Both the position numbers and the translations under genes were made by a program. 49,859 nucleotides of DNA from Sarea resinae (taxonomy: Eukaryota): the NCBI GenBank assembly GCA_026026165.1, contig JAPEUD010000023.1, forward strand, positions 248,001-297,859, read 5' to 3'. Shown one piece after another: positions 1-12,040 of this stretch. A model generated the notes under the pieces. It saw nothing but the letters and a program-made list of their open reading frames with translations. It did not search any database and had not been told where the DNA came from. Numbering within the stretch: the first letter of the stretch is position 1; the number at the start of each line of letters is the position of its first letter.

Positions 1-3000
1 GTTTTAATCCTTTATAGATATATATTATCCTTTACACTTAAACTAGGTGTTATTCTAGTGCGCTGCTATCGCTTATTAATAGTAGGCAAGGTGTTATCCT
101 CTAACCTAGAGAGGTTTTTAATCCCTTATAGATGTATATTATCCTTTAGCGTATTAGCACCTATTTTACCTAGATACTTATTATCTGTTCTAGTAAGAAG
201 GTTTTAAATTACTAGCGTAGTGCTATCTCTCTTTAACATACATAGGTTCTGCAGCTTCTGCTATAGAGTAAGAAGTATCACTTCTAGACTCTATATCTTT
301 ACCTTATAATTAGGGCGCTACAACAGCTTGTTAGCTAGATTAGCTTTCTCTACTCTATATATAAGTTTAAAATTATACGCTGCTAGCTGTTTAGCCTATC
401 TAGCCTAGCGACAGGTTAACTCCTTTGTTGTTATAAAGTAGTGTAGATTTATATAGTTAGTTAAGACCTTAATAGAGTAATTAGCCTCTTCTAAGTAGTA
501 GCGCTATTGCTTAAAAGCTATTACAATAGCTAGCAACTCTAAGTCATGCACTTTATATCTCGATTTAGTATTAGTAAGCTTTCTAGACTAGTATGCAACT
601 AGGTGCTACCTTAACGCTGTTATTACACCTTATTTATCCTTAACTAGCTAGGATAAAATTGCTGTAACAGCAAATCTAGAAGCATCTGTTTCTACTTGTA
701 TCTACCTCTTTAGATTATAGTAGTGTAGTATAGGCGCTATTGTAAAAGCTTCTTTTAAGGCTTTAAATACTTCCTTAGCTTCCTTAGAGAAGTAGAATAG
801 ACTGCTTTTCTTTCTGTTCTTACTCCTAGCAAGTAGGCTAGTTAATAATAGCGCCTTAACAAAGTATTTCTCTATAAACTATTAGTAGAAATTTGTAAAT
901 CCTAGGAAGACTTAGAGGTTATAATAGGTCTTAGAGGCTAGCCACTCTTTTATAGTGTCTACCTAGCTCTTCTCTATTGCAATACTATTAGTCCTAATAA
1001 CAAATCCTAAGAAATCAACTTCCTACACTCTAAAGACATATTTTAAGGGCTTTATATATAGGCTATAAGTTGATAGCTGTTTAAGGACCTAGCGTATATA
1101 CTTCTTATACTTATTAGGTAAATTAGAGTATATAAGAATGTTATCTAGATAGATAACACAGCAGACATTAACTAGGCCTTATAATATATAATTAATATAG
1201 CTCTAAAATGTAGCAGGTGTATTAGCTAATCTAAAGGGCATAACCTTATATTCGAACTAGCTATAACAAGTGCAGAACGCTGTCTTATACTTATCGCCTT
1301 TGCAGATCCTTATGCAGTAGTAGGTATCTCTTAGGTCTAGTTTTAAAAAAACTTTAGCACTGTTTATTTAGTCTATAAGCTTAGAAATAAGGGGTAATAG
1401 GTATTGATTCTTAATAGTAACCTTGTTTAACGCCTAGTAGTTAATGCAAAGTTGTAAGCTACTATCCTTCTTAGGCATAAATAAGATTAGCGCACTAATA
1501 GGGCTTATAGTAAGAGTGATCTACCTCTTTACTAAGTTATTATTAAGGTATCCTCTTAGGACGCCTAATTCCTTTTAGGATAATAGGTATATAGGTCTAT
1601 AGAGAGAGTCTTTACTCTCTATCTCTATAGTATAGTTAGCTAGGCTATGCTTAGGAAGCTAGCTAGCTTTCTCTTTACTAAAGACAGAAGTAAATTCCTT
1701 ATACTATTTAGGTATCTTATTACTAGCGCTAACCTAGCAAAGCTTTACTACCTCTATAAGTTTAGGCACTACTATAATCTCTTAGTAGTTTAGCTAACGT
1801 TTCTTCTAATGTTTCTTGCTAAGCCTAGGCTTATCTACAGGCTTAATATAGCTGAATTTACCTTCTAACTAACGCATATTATAGCAGTATAAGGATAGCT
1901 ATAGATACCTAAGTAAGAATAGAGGACTATTAAAGTTGTAGGTAAGGAACTAGCACTACGCTATCTTTCTCACGCTATTACTATTAGCGACTTGTATTTC
2001 TAATTAGTGTTAGCTGTAAATCGCTACTTGTAAGCCGTTTACTATTACTACATTAGGTAGCTGCCTAAGCTTAGCCTTAGGGATCCTATACTCTTTAATC
2101 TATAATTGTAAAACTAGAGAAGCTTCTGCTCTTAAATCAATTAAGGCAGTGCTATTTGCTGTACTACTAGGGGTGTAAATAGTTAGCAATGTCTCTAATC
2201 TTAGAGTCTAAGCTCTTTAAGATTCTCCTACACTAAGATAGCAAATAGTGTAGGGTTCTAGCTCTAGTTATAAAGCTAGTGTAGGCTTATTATTATGTTT
2301 ATTCTTATAAGTAGAAGTAAAGTAGCTCTTTTAGCTATAGTTTAGGCAAAGGTTACCTTCTTACCTATAACAATACTTGTTATTAGAGAGCTGTTAAGGC
2401 TATTATATAGTCTTATCGCCTTTATTATTCTTAGGCTAAGCAGAAGTTTTTTGTTCTTATAGAGGTAGGCTTTTACTCTTACGTTTAGTAGGATCAAACT
2501 TTTATTTAGTTCCTTATTTGTTCTAACTTCTTCTCTTCTTTACACTATCGCTATGCTATCACTTATTATCTAGCTTAGATAGATTAGAGTTCTTATTCTT
2601 ATTCCTTTTATTGCTTATATAAAGGAGTTCCTCTACCTAATTTGCTGACGCTATAGCAGCGCTCTACTTTTGTAGTATAGGTAGAGTTTAGAGCAGTTCC
2701 TAGTAAATTTCACTTTAGATCTTAGTATAGAATAAGTTGTATCGCTGCTTTTTAAAGATGTCTTATCCTCTTAGTACTTCTAGTTTAATCTGTTCTAAGA
2801 ACGCTGTAAAGCTATTAATACTCTAGTGCAGTACCTGTATAGCGTTATAGTATAGCTGTAACATTAAACCACCTTAATTTACTAGATCTTCTACTTAGTC
2901 TAGTAAGAATAAGATAAATTTATTCTAGGTATAGGTGTCTTTCCTAGTAGATTCTTTAACCTAGTGCTATACTAGCGCTAGTTTGTCTTTTAAGTACTGT

Positions 3001-3810
3001 ATAGCATATAGCACCTTTACTACATTATTACTTTTATCTGTAATAGCTTCTAGTTAGAACGCTATCTTATAGGATTAGATAAATTTATTATGCTCTTTAA
3101 TTGTCTTACTTGTAAATAGCTCTAGAGCTTAGATTTTAGTCTAGTTAGTGATATAGAGTGCTAGTATAGCGGCTACAAGGCCTTGTCCTAGCTGTAATGC
3201 TTATATAAGTGCTTATAGTTGCTGTTCTATATAGAACTAGGCTATCTCTCTCTAGAGTTAACAATATTAAGCCTGCTACTCTTTAGCGTTATGCTCTTAC
3301 TGTATTTAGTCTAGCAATTAATTAGTGATCTAGTTAGAGACAGGCTCTTTAACCTTGCCTTCTACCTAGCTTACTACTGTCTTACTATTGTCTCTATTAG
3401 CTCCTTTACCTAGCAGAGTATTAGGAGCCCTTATAGTATTACATGTATTTATTATTGCTATCTTACCTAGTCTACTACTGTGTTAGTAGAGCGTTTAGAA
3501 TTATTAGACTACCTCCTAGACTTCTAGCTATAGTAGAGTAGGTAGGAATAGCACAATTAAATAGGCTAGTGCACTATAGCGTGCTAGCGTTACTCTAGCA
3601 ATATAGAACTAATACTATAGATATAGATATTGCTAGTAGGCACTAACTTTATAATTGCACTAAACACTAGCCCTAATAGCTAGCGCCTCTATTAATCTAT
3701 ATAACTAATAACCTTGCTTAGCTTACCTAAACGTTGCTAAACTACACTAGGTAGTTACTCTGCGCTACGCTAAGCTGTATACAGCACCTCTATTAGTAGT
3801 AGCTCTTATA
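1..3810 (-). mobile_element. Ty3/Gypsy LTR retrotransposon A, RIP-inactivated, 3' part runs off the left edge
   Basis: Minus-strand translation gives: gag CCHC knuckle ~2310-2355 (C-L-N-[Y<C]-x4-[Y<H]-x4-[Y<C]), protease ALIDL(S)R(G)AE ~2125-2150, RT VMPFR(G)LANT(A)PA ~1215-1245 and VIYLDN(D) ~1140, RNase H VETDAS-FA ~670-695 and W-HPVAYWSRK-like ~580-610. Domain order gag-PR-RT-RH is the Gypsy order. The right end (tataagagc < TGTAAGAGC on the minus strand) abuts the Copia YKA motif at 3811. Confidence 0.9.
3481..3810 (-). repeat. Probable 5' LTR of element A (inner boundary uncertain)
   Basis: Begins tgttag at 3481, just upstream of the probable gag start (~3462), and ends ...ctcttata (<ttaca) at 3810. 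The partner LTR is outside the window, so this cannot be confirmed. Confidence 0.45.
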
Positions 3811-4732
3811 GCTTTATAGCAAAGAATTTCGCCTTCTTCGCTTAATTTCTTACGATATACCTACTTCCCTTAGAGAACGTGTTGTTTAGAGGCCTTAGGC
3901 ACTAGGATCTATATCTTATTCTTCTTTAATAACTCTAGTTTATCCTTTATAGCAGCTCTCTATTAATTACAGTCAAGGCTAGCTATAGCAGCAAAGTATA
4001 AGTTAAGATCCTTTATAGGATTAATATTTGCGTCAATATAAAGAATTCAGGCTATATAGACACAGCCTACAACAATATACTAGTTTAACTCTAGTAATAG
4101 TTGTTATTAAAAAAGAGAAGAGTCTTAGGCTACAAAGGCCTTTATATAGTAGCCTTTAGAGAGCTCTATAGAGTCTCTTACTGCTTTAGAGTTATAGAGT
4201 AAACTTATAGTTAGTTTCTCTAAGGTGTCTCTAGAGTGCTTAGGATCCCTTACTAAATTTATATAAAAGATCTTAGTGTTTAGCAAGGATACTAGAGAAT
4301 TATCTCTAGCTTCTACTAAATAGAGGTTATTTAACTAATTAATAAACGCGTTAAATATAGTTTGTTAAAGGCTAGAGAAGTGACTTTCAAAGGCTATAGT
4401 AATTGTATAGGCTAAAGAAGTCGCTTCTCTTACTTCTCTTACTAAATTTGTGTTCTAACTATTAATTTCTAATAAATCTTTGTTAAATTTAACGTTGTAT
4501 ACAGTAATAATCTTCTGATTTATAGAGTCTTATATACAGTATATATTTAATGCCTTATATCCTATAAAGGTTATCTTATAGCTCTTAGAGGCTATCTTGC
4601 TTTTGTTTTTAGCATGTTTATCTAGAACATAAGCATTATAGCTAAAAACGTAAAGATAACTAAGATTAGGCTTTTCGTTATAGAGTGCCTTATATAGGGT
4701 CTTTTTTATGACTAAATTAAGCACTTAATTTA
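3811..4732 (-). mobile_element. Ty1/Copia element, middle fragment (post-integrase SH3-like region, linker, start of RT), RIP-inactivated
   Basis: ORF 4530-4724 de-RIPs to KTPYEALY-EKP-LSHL-VFGC-AYV...TFVGY, a Copia post-integrase signature. 3811-4010 de-RIPs to WRAAMEDELESLKKNETW-LVP...GKWVYRKK-GE-GEILRYKA, the Copia RT N-terminus. Confidence 0.9.
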
Positions 4733-5060
4733 TGTGAGTAGCTAGGCTAACTTAGTTTGTGCATGCAAAGGATATGCGTAAGGTTTGTACAAATCTACAA
4801 ACTTATAAATAGAGTACAAACAATAATTTGTGATAGGATAGCATTAGCAACTACTCTGCTAGCTACTCTATAGGGATAGGACATATATAGTGCTCTAAAG
4901 GCTGAACAGCTAGACAAAAGAGGGCTGTTTATGCTAAACGCCTAAATAGTTAAACAAAAGAGAGCTATTTGTGCTAAACTCCTAAACTAATAAACCTCTA
5001 AGGTTTGTAGGCCTAAACGCTGCTTAGTATGCTTAGCAGAGAGTTGCCTACTTCCTAACA
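4733..5060 (-). repeat. 3' LTR of element B (328 bp)
   Basis: tgtgag...cctaaca. Direct copy of 13470-13797 with about 10 differences by manual comparison, all transitions. Confidence 0.97.
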
Positions 5061-5063
5061 TAG

Positions 5064-5076
5064 TCCTCTCTCTTTT
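5064..5076 (-). promoter_or_regulatory. Polypurine tract (plus-strand primer) of element B
   Basis: Minus strand reads aaaagagagagga immediately before the 3' LTR. Confidence 0.8.
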
Positions 5077-5316
5077 GCATAGCGTCGTCTGCAACGCTAG
5101 TGCTATTTGTAGGTTTATATATTTGTTGTTGTTGTTTTTCTGTTGTTTAGCTTTGTATCTGTTTATAGACTGTGGCTAGAGGCAAGTGCTTTATGCTTAT
5201 GTGTCTGTTATAGGTTAGGCAGTTCTAGTGTTCTTATAGTAATAATCGTTCTTTTTAGTTTGTGGTTTTAGAGGTTCTAAGCGTTTCTACTGCTTGTAGT
5301 TGTCTTTATATCTTCT

Positions 5317-5718
5317 CTTTGTTTAACTTCTTTGTTTTAGGTTAGGGCGAATTTCGCTGATCGCTGTTTGCAGTCATGCTAGTTGTTCCTTTGTTTGTTA
5401 TTTCTTTATTGTGTTCCTTTGTTCTTAACACTAGTAGGCCTTAGTTAGTGCGCCTCTTATAGTTGTCTCTAATCTTTATTGCTTAGCATACTTTGTTTTA
5501 GCTGTTAGTAATTTAGCCTGTCGCTGTTTGTCGCTCTTTTTAGTTGTTTTTATTGTACATTTGTCTTTGTTATTATTTCTTTGTTTTAGAATCAGTGGGT
5601 CTAGGCGTTATGCCACCTAGGATCGCTCTTAGTTTTTCCTTTGTTTAACTTCTTTGTTCTAGTTCAGAGCGAATTTCGCTGATTGCTGTTTGTAGTCGCC
5701 TTATTGTTTCCTTTGTTT
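5317..5718. repeat. Pair of ~80-bp imperfect direct repeats (5317-5396, 5639-5718) in the 3' region of element B
   Basis: Shared core ctttgtttaacttctttgtt..ag...gcgaatttcgctgat.gctgtttg.agtc; spacing 322 bp. Confidence 0.85.
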
Positions 5719-6421
5719 AGGCTTTTTAGTATCCTTTGTTTTATGACATAGGAGACAGTGTTAAGTAGGTTGCAACCTTTTGTTAGCGTTTTCTATTTTC
5801 GTGGTTCTGTTTTGTAATTAGGCTTATATGTCTATAGATTTTAGCTATTTATGTTGTGCTTGTTTGCTAATTATGTCTTTATGTTTTACTTGTGTAGATT
5901 TCTTTGTGATATGCGCCTGTTAGTTGTTGTAGTGATTGTTTTGTGCTTGTTTATAAGGTTTAGCTGCAGTGTGCCTTGCGACCTTATGTTAGCTGTCTTA
6001 GTGTTTGTGCTGATTCTTTGTGCTCTGTAACTAGTTGTAATCGTGCAATTTGTGTTTTTATTAGGTGTTAGTAGAGGTAAATGTCTAGTTAGCTTAGTAG
6101 ATAAATTAGTAGGGCTTTGCAAACAGTCTTCTTACCTTGTTAACAAACCTTTAGCTATAATTTAGAGGTTGTTTTAGTTGTTTTGTTATTACATTGTCTC
6201 TTTGTTTTTATCCTTTATACGTTGCACTATGTTTAGCTAGCTAGTAAGTGCATTATTCGCTATCTCTCTTATGTTTAATACAATAATTCCTGTAGTGCTA
6301 TCGCGATTAGCTTGTTTAGTTGTCTTGTTATAGGTTATTTGTGTTGTTTGTAGTGATAACTAGAGTAGTTTGTTTAGTGTTTATAGTCTTTACCTATTAT
6401 ATGTTGTTTTTGCTTATTGTT

Positions 6422-8060
6422 ATGCTAATATTATCTGTTGCTATAGTAGCTAATGTTTGTTGTTAGTGTAAACTAGCTTCTTAGAGTGAGACAGTCGCTG
6501 CTGCACCTCTACTACCTGCTACTACTCTAACCTAATCTAGGAAAGGCTGTAGAGGTTAGGCCTCTAGCAGCTCTCTTACAACTTATTGTTTAAGTCGTTG
6601 TACTTGTTTAGCTTATGTGTTAGTCGTGCCTGTTTATATCGCTAATTAGTTAAATAAGTATAAGATATAGGCTTAGGCTATTTAGGATGCTAGTAACTAT
6701 AAGGTAGCAAACCTAGAGTGTGACACCTGTTATTATTATGCAGTTGTGTGCCTTTAGGTGTAGGAGACTAATCGCTACTTGTTGTGTGTCTTCTAAGGCA
6801 AGTCTGTCGACAAATATAGGCTTAGAGAGGTCCTAGTGTGTATTCTTATTGTGTGCTTTGTAGTATTGTTCGCTAAGTGTTTGTGATTGCTTTTTAGCCT
6901 ATTGCGCCTGCTGTTATCGCGCTGCCTATCGCTCTATCTGCTGCCTCTGCTGTTGTTATACTGCCTGCTGCGCTTGCTGCTCTTCCTACACCTAGTCCTA
7001 TAGTCGCGCTCCTTGTTACGCTGAACTAGCTGATTGTCTAAACTAGTTAGAAGTCTAAACAGTGAGTGACTAGTTCGTTAGATGTTTTGTTGTTGCTTAG
7101 GCTTATTTGTAGTTATGTTTGTGCTAGTTGCTATAGCGATATAGATTTAGACTCTTTACCTCCTAGTCTATTGCTTTGCTGTTTAGCCTGTTATGTTTGT
7201 TGCTCTCCTTGTTTTAATTCGCCTAGTGCGCAGCTACAGGCTGAGTTGTTCCTAGGCAGTGTAGATTGTAAGTTCTCCTTCTCTTTTCTGTTATTATAGC
7301 TAGGATCTGTTTGTTCGCTTGTTTTGTTTCTAAGTTAGCCTGTTTAGGCATCTCTTGTTTTCTCTGTGTGTTTTTCTTACTTTCCTTTTTTATATAGCTT
7401 TGTTAATTGTTATAAGTAGTAGGCGTAGTGCGCTAGTGCCCTTGCTAGACCCTTTTAGTCTGAATTGTGTTGACTTAGATCTAAACAATCTACTTATTAG
7501 TTAGAGCTTTGCTAATAGGCTATTAGCTATTGTAGTTAGGTTGTCTTCTTTATTGTTATCGCTGCTGCGTTCGCCTGCTAGCGATTCGCCTTAGTTGCCT
7601 CTGCCTGATTCTCCTAGGGTTTTCACAGCTTTGCTGCTGTAGTTAAGTCTTACTAGTTCGCCTCTGCTCTTTTTATAAGATCTGTCCTTTTTGTCTCTTA
7701 TGCTATCTAACCCCTTGTCTTGCGCCCTTTCTCTACGTGGTTTAGTCGCGCCTGTCGCTAATCCTATTGCTAGCGCGAATTACTATACAGGTTACAACGA
7801 CTTACAGCTGTTTGCTAAAATCAGGCTTTTAAGAGATAAGATTAGAGGCCTTTATAAGCAGATTGTTTAGGATTAGTTAGCTGCCTAAGTTAAGTTAGAG
7901 ATTGTTTAGAGCGCTGTTAATGCAGTGCAAGACAACGTTTATAATCTTATTAAGTTTGCGCGAGATATGCACACTAACCTTGCGTTTGTTAAGCACTAGG
8001 CTAGGGTTTGTTAGATTGATTGTAATGTAAAGTCAATTCCTTGTTAGTATGCGCGCTAGT
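6422..8060 (+). pseudogene. RIP-degraded antisense accessory gene inside element B: Zn(II)2Cys6-like cluster, Pro/Ser/Arg-rich region, C-terminal coiled coil; predicted exons 6422-6835, 6898-7267, 7398-~8060
   Basis: ATG at 6422. The frame stays protein-like when TAA/TAG are read as RIP'd Q/R/W. C-x2-C-x6-C-x8-[tac]-x2-C-x9-[tat] at 6719-6817. GT..AG introns 6836-6897 and 7268-7397 (GTAAGT donor) join three segments with correct phase. ORF-track entry 7066-7299 is a remnant of exon 2. Heptad-like LFA(E)IRLLRD(E)IRGL-(E)QIV-D-LAA-V(E)LEIV at ~7800-7920. Confidence 0.62.
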
Positions 8061-8069
8061 AGTTGCTTC

Positions 8070-11000
8070 TTTATGTAGTTCGTTTCTGTTTTCCTTTTTT
8101 TATGTAGGTAGTTAGGCTTAACTAGGTTTTTTTGTTTGTCCTAGGTTTGTAGATTTTAATGCTTTTGTAGGGTGTTTATAGTGAAATTCGCAGAGTAGTC
8201 CTTTAAGGTGGTTCACGCTTCTAGCCTCCTCCTATATGCTTTCCTATTTAGAGTAATTAAGCTATTTTACTTAGTATTCTAAGATGTTTTTTAGATGCAG
8301 CTATCTAGTATAGCTTTAACGTCGAATAGTTTGTTAGGGTTAGCAGCGTCTTCTTTATCCTACTGCTGTTTATCTGTATAATCTTAGTTTAGTCTGCTTG
8401 TGTATAGTTTAAGCAGTTGCACGTTAAAGACATTATAGATTTAGAACTGTTTAGGTAACTGTAGTTTATAAGCCTGTTTGCTGATTTTCTTAGTGATAAT
8501 GTATAGTCCTATTCGCCTTGCTTGTAATTTTATAGCTAGTTGTTGTGTCTATATGTTTTGTGTGTCTAGCTAAACGCGTTCGCCTAGTTTGTATTTGTGT
8601 GGTTTGCAACCTTTGTTGTATTGTTTAGCGTACTGTTTGTTAACCTTTTTTATCCTTTGTTTTAGGTGTTTATGTATGTTATTTATTTTAGCGGCATAGG
8701 CTGTCCCTATTGCTAATTTGTGTAGGTGGTTTTGCATTTAGAATTCTATTCGCAGGTGTCTCTTGTTTGTTGCTACAAAGAGAGTCATTTTAGTCGCTAA
8801 ATGTTCGGAATTATTATATATGAATTTAGCGAGCAAGAGCAATTAGGCCTAATTATCCTGTGCCCTATTTACAAACGCTTAAAGGTATGCTTCTAATGTT
8901 TGATTCTGTCGTTTAGTTTGTCTATCTGTTTGCAGGTAGAACGCTGTGCTAAGGTCTCGCTAAACTCGCAGGTAAAAGCAGAAGGAAGTCTAGAATTAAG
9001 AGGTAAACAGCGATCTGTAGTCTAAGACTATTAAATCTAGGATGCTATGCATTCGAACGACTTCTTAAATAAATGTTCCTATAAGTGTTAGTGCGTTAAT
9101 TGTCTTTTTAACTAGAACATAGTGGGCTATTTTTGTTAGTTAGTTAACAACTATAAAGATTGTGTTGTATATTCCTCCTAAATATGCTGTGCTTTTAGAG
9201 ATACCTGTGATAAAATCTATTGTAATAGATCCTTAGGCACGATCTAGAATTAGTAGTGATATAAGAAGGCTGTAGCCTTTGTGTCTGTAGGTTTTGTTTT
9301 GTTGACACAAAATGCAATTTCAGCAGTAGATTTTAATGTCTTTGTATGCACCTAGCTAATTAAATGATTGCTAAAGGTATTCTGCTGTTTGTAGTAGGCT
9401 GAAATGTCTAGCGAATAGTTTGTTGTAGTGTTGTCTTATTAGCTTGATACAAAGTTTCTTGTTTAAGAGAACGTATACTGCGTTGTAGTAATTAACTAGG
9501 CTCTTATTAGATATAGACTATGCTATTCTCTCTTTTTTATGCTGCAACCTAGTACAGCTTGTTAGTTTGTTAAGAGTAGCTAATTCTCGCCGAATTGTTA
9601 AGGCTTGTTTGTCTATATCTTACAGGTCTAAGATTATCTGAATAAGTTTAGCCGCTGATTTTTCTGCATATACTGTTTCTTCCTAAAGACTATTGTCTAA
9701 GGGAAGTGACACAAGCTGTTACGCTACAGCAGTGTCAGCACTTGTCTTATTTCAAAACGATTTAGAGCTTTCCTCTAGGTTTGTCTTAGGTATCTCTTCT
9801 TAGCCTACTGCTGTTGCAGTTTTTCAGCTTAGGGCATTATATATCTGCTTATCGCTTATAGCATGCAGTTCTCTTTAGGTTTTATAACCCTGACTATTTT
9901 GTTTGTTTGTCTTCTTCTAGCCCTAAGTAAGTGCCTCTATAAGCTATTGTCTTAGTCTTTCTTTGCTCCTAAGTTGCTCCTTAAGCTTCTAAAGAGGCTA
10001 ATTCGCTATTCTACTTGTCTTGTCTTTGCAGTTCGCTTCTTGTTTGTAGTCTAGTTAGCGCGAGGGCCTATTAGCAGGGTTCTTTAATCCTAGTCAGTAT
10101 TTAACTATAAAGTCGTATGCAGATAGCTTTTCCACCTATTTTATTTGTTGTCTTATTAGTTCCTTTGTTTTTATAAAGTGCAATAGGTTTGTGTGATTAG
10201 AGAGTGCAGTAATTCAGTGGTTCGCCTCTTCTAAGTAGTGTCGCTAGTGTTAGAACGAATTTACAATTGCTAACAGTTCTTAATCATACGTGCTATAGCG
10301 TCGTTCTACTAGTTCTATTTTTCAGCTCTAGTAGGCGATTAGGTGCTAATGTCTGTGTTTGTCTTGTTAACAAAGTATGCCTAATAATGCGAATCCTAAG
10401 GCGTCTGTTTTGACTCTAATTAGTAGCTTTAGGTCAAAGTGTCTTATAACTAGTGCGTTTGCAAACGCGTCTTTTAACTTCTAGAATGCTGTTTGCGCTT
10501 TAGGTAAGAGCTATTTCTGTTCGCGTCCTATTAGTTCAGCGCTTAGTTTTTAGTTCTGTTGTTGTTTCCTGTTTGTAGATCCTTTTAGGTATTCTAATAG
10601 TAGGATCACAATGCAGGAATATCCTTTAATAAATTGTTAGTAGAAATTAGCGAAGCCTAGGAAAACTTGCAGGTCTTTGATTTTTGTAGGTTTAGGCTAT
10701 TCTATAATAGTTTAGACTCTATTATCTTCTATAGATACGCCTTTAGTAGAGACTACAAAGCCTAAGAAGTCTAGTTTAGTTTAGTTGAATAGGTATTTTA
10801 AGATCTTTGCCTAGAGGTTCGCTGTTTGTAATCGTTTAAGAACTATTTAGATGTGTTTAGAGTGTTTGTCTGCGTTTTTGCTAAAGATTAGTATGTCGTT
10901 GATATATACAATACACATTGTGTCTAGACAGTCTTATAATGCATTATTAATATATGCTTAAAAGCTGGCAGGCGCGTTTGTTAACCTAAATAGAACTACT

Positions 11001-12040
11001 AGGTATTTAAATAGGCTGAATCTTATGCAAAAGGCAGTCTTCTATTCGTCTCCTTTACAAATTTAGAGGGTATTATACACGTCTTTAATATCTAATTTCA
11101 ACATTATTTGTGCGCCTACTAGTCTATCTAGTGCTTTAGTGATTAGCAGAAGTAGGTAATAGTCTTTGATTGTTATAGCGTTTAATGCACAGTAATCTAC
11201 AACTAGTTGCAGCCCGCTATCCTTTTTCGTGACAAATCGCATTAGGGATGCTGCTAGCGAATTCGATAGCCGAATCGCCCTTGTCGCGAGTTTTTTGTCT
11301 AGGTATTTATAAAGCGTTGTTAGTTTAGTTTGCAATAGATTATAGAGAGGGCTGTATAGGGGTTTAGTTCTAGGTTCTAATTCTATAGCGTGGTTATGCT
11401 AACTGTGTTTAGGCAGGGTTTTTACAGGTTTCTTAAACACGTCATAGAAATTTTTATATTTGTTTAGGAGGGTTATGTTTTTGTTGTTTGTCTTTTGTTT
11501 GTGTATTAGTTTGACAAGCGCGCCTGCTAGCCAGCTAGTGTTTTTAATAGTTGTATAGTTAGTTCGTTTCAGCCTAGATGCTACTGCCTTCTATAAGATT
11601 TAGTTTTGTTAGTAGTCCTTGTTTAGGTTGTGTTTCCTAAGGAATAGTTTTCCTAGAACGATATCCTTAGGTGCTTTGTCTAATATAACAAATGTTTTAG
11701 TTGTTTTTAGTGGCGTTTTGTTCAAATTAAAGGCGACTAACTAGATGTAGAGTAGCTCTTATGTTTGAATCGTCTGACTATTAAATGTTATAGGGCTATA
11801 GACCTTAGTTTTGTCTAGGACTCTAAACTGTTCTGCGAGTCTTATTTGTATAACGTTAAATTAGCAGCCTCTGTTAATAAGTGCTTGAGCTAAGGATTGT
11901 AGTTTAGTTACGTTCGTGAATTTTACGTGTATAATCTAGAGTAGACTTAGGGCGAGTTCTTCGAACTAGTTGTCTTCTATGCTGTATAACGCCTCTTTTA
12001 TAGTAGCACTTAGTGCTGCAAGAGTAAGGGCTAAGTTAGT
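8070..12040 (-). pseudogene. pol of element B (protease, RT, RNase H, integrase, chromodomain)
   Basis: PR ALIN(D)-GC ~11860-11890. RT ORF remnant 11063-11335 (FVTKKDSGLQLVVDY..LNAITIKD) and CIVYIN(D)DI ~10895-10915. RH VK(E)TDAL(S)GFA ~10390-10415. IN zinc finger/core ~8800-9440 and GL(P)Y ~8505. Chromodomain FDVK(E)AILDS...LEY-VKWL-Y-...ES-WE ~8230-8330. Ends are approximate. Confidence 0.9.

Noticed and set aside
7066..7299. 77-aa Cys/Leu-rich ORF as a small secreted or metal-binding protein
   Set aside because: Its Cys and Leu residues are best explained as RIP products of Arg, Pro and Ser codons. It is a fragment of exon 2 of the inferred antisense gene.
5061..8060. env-like third ORF in element B
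   Set aside because: No signal peptide or transmembrane segment remains after reversing RIP; the apparent hydrophobicity is a C>T artefact. The clearest coding signal is antisense.
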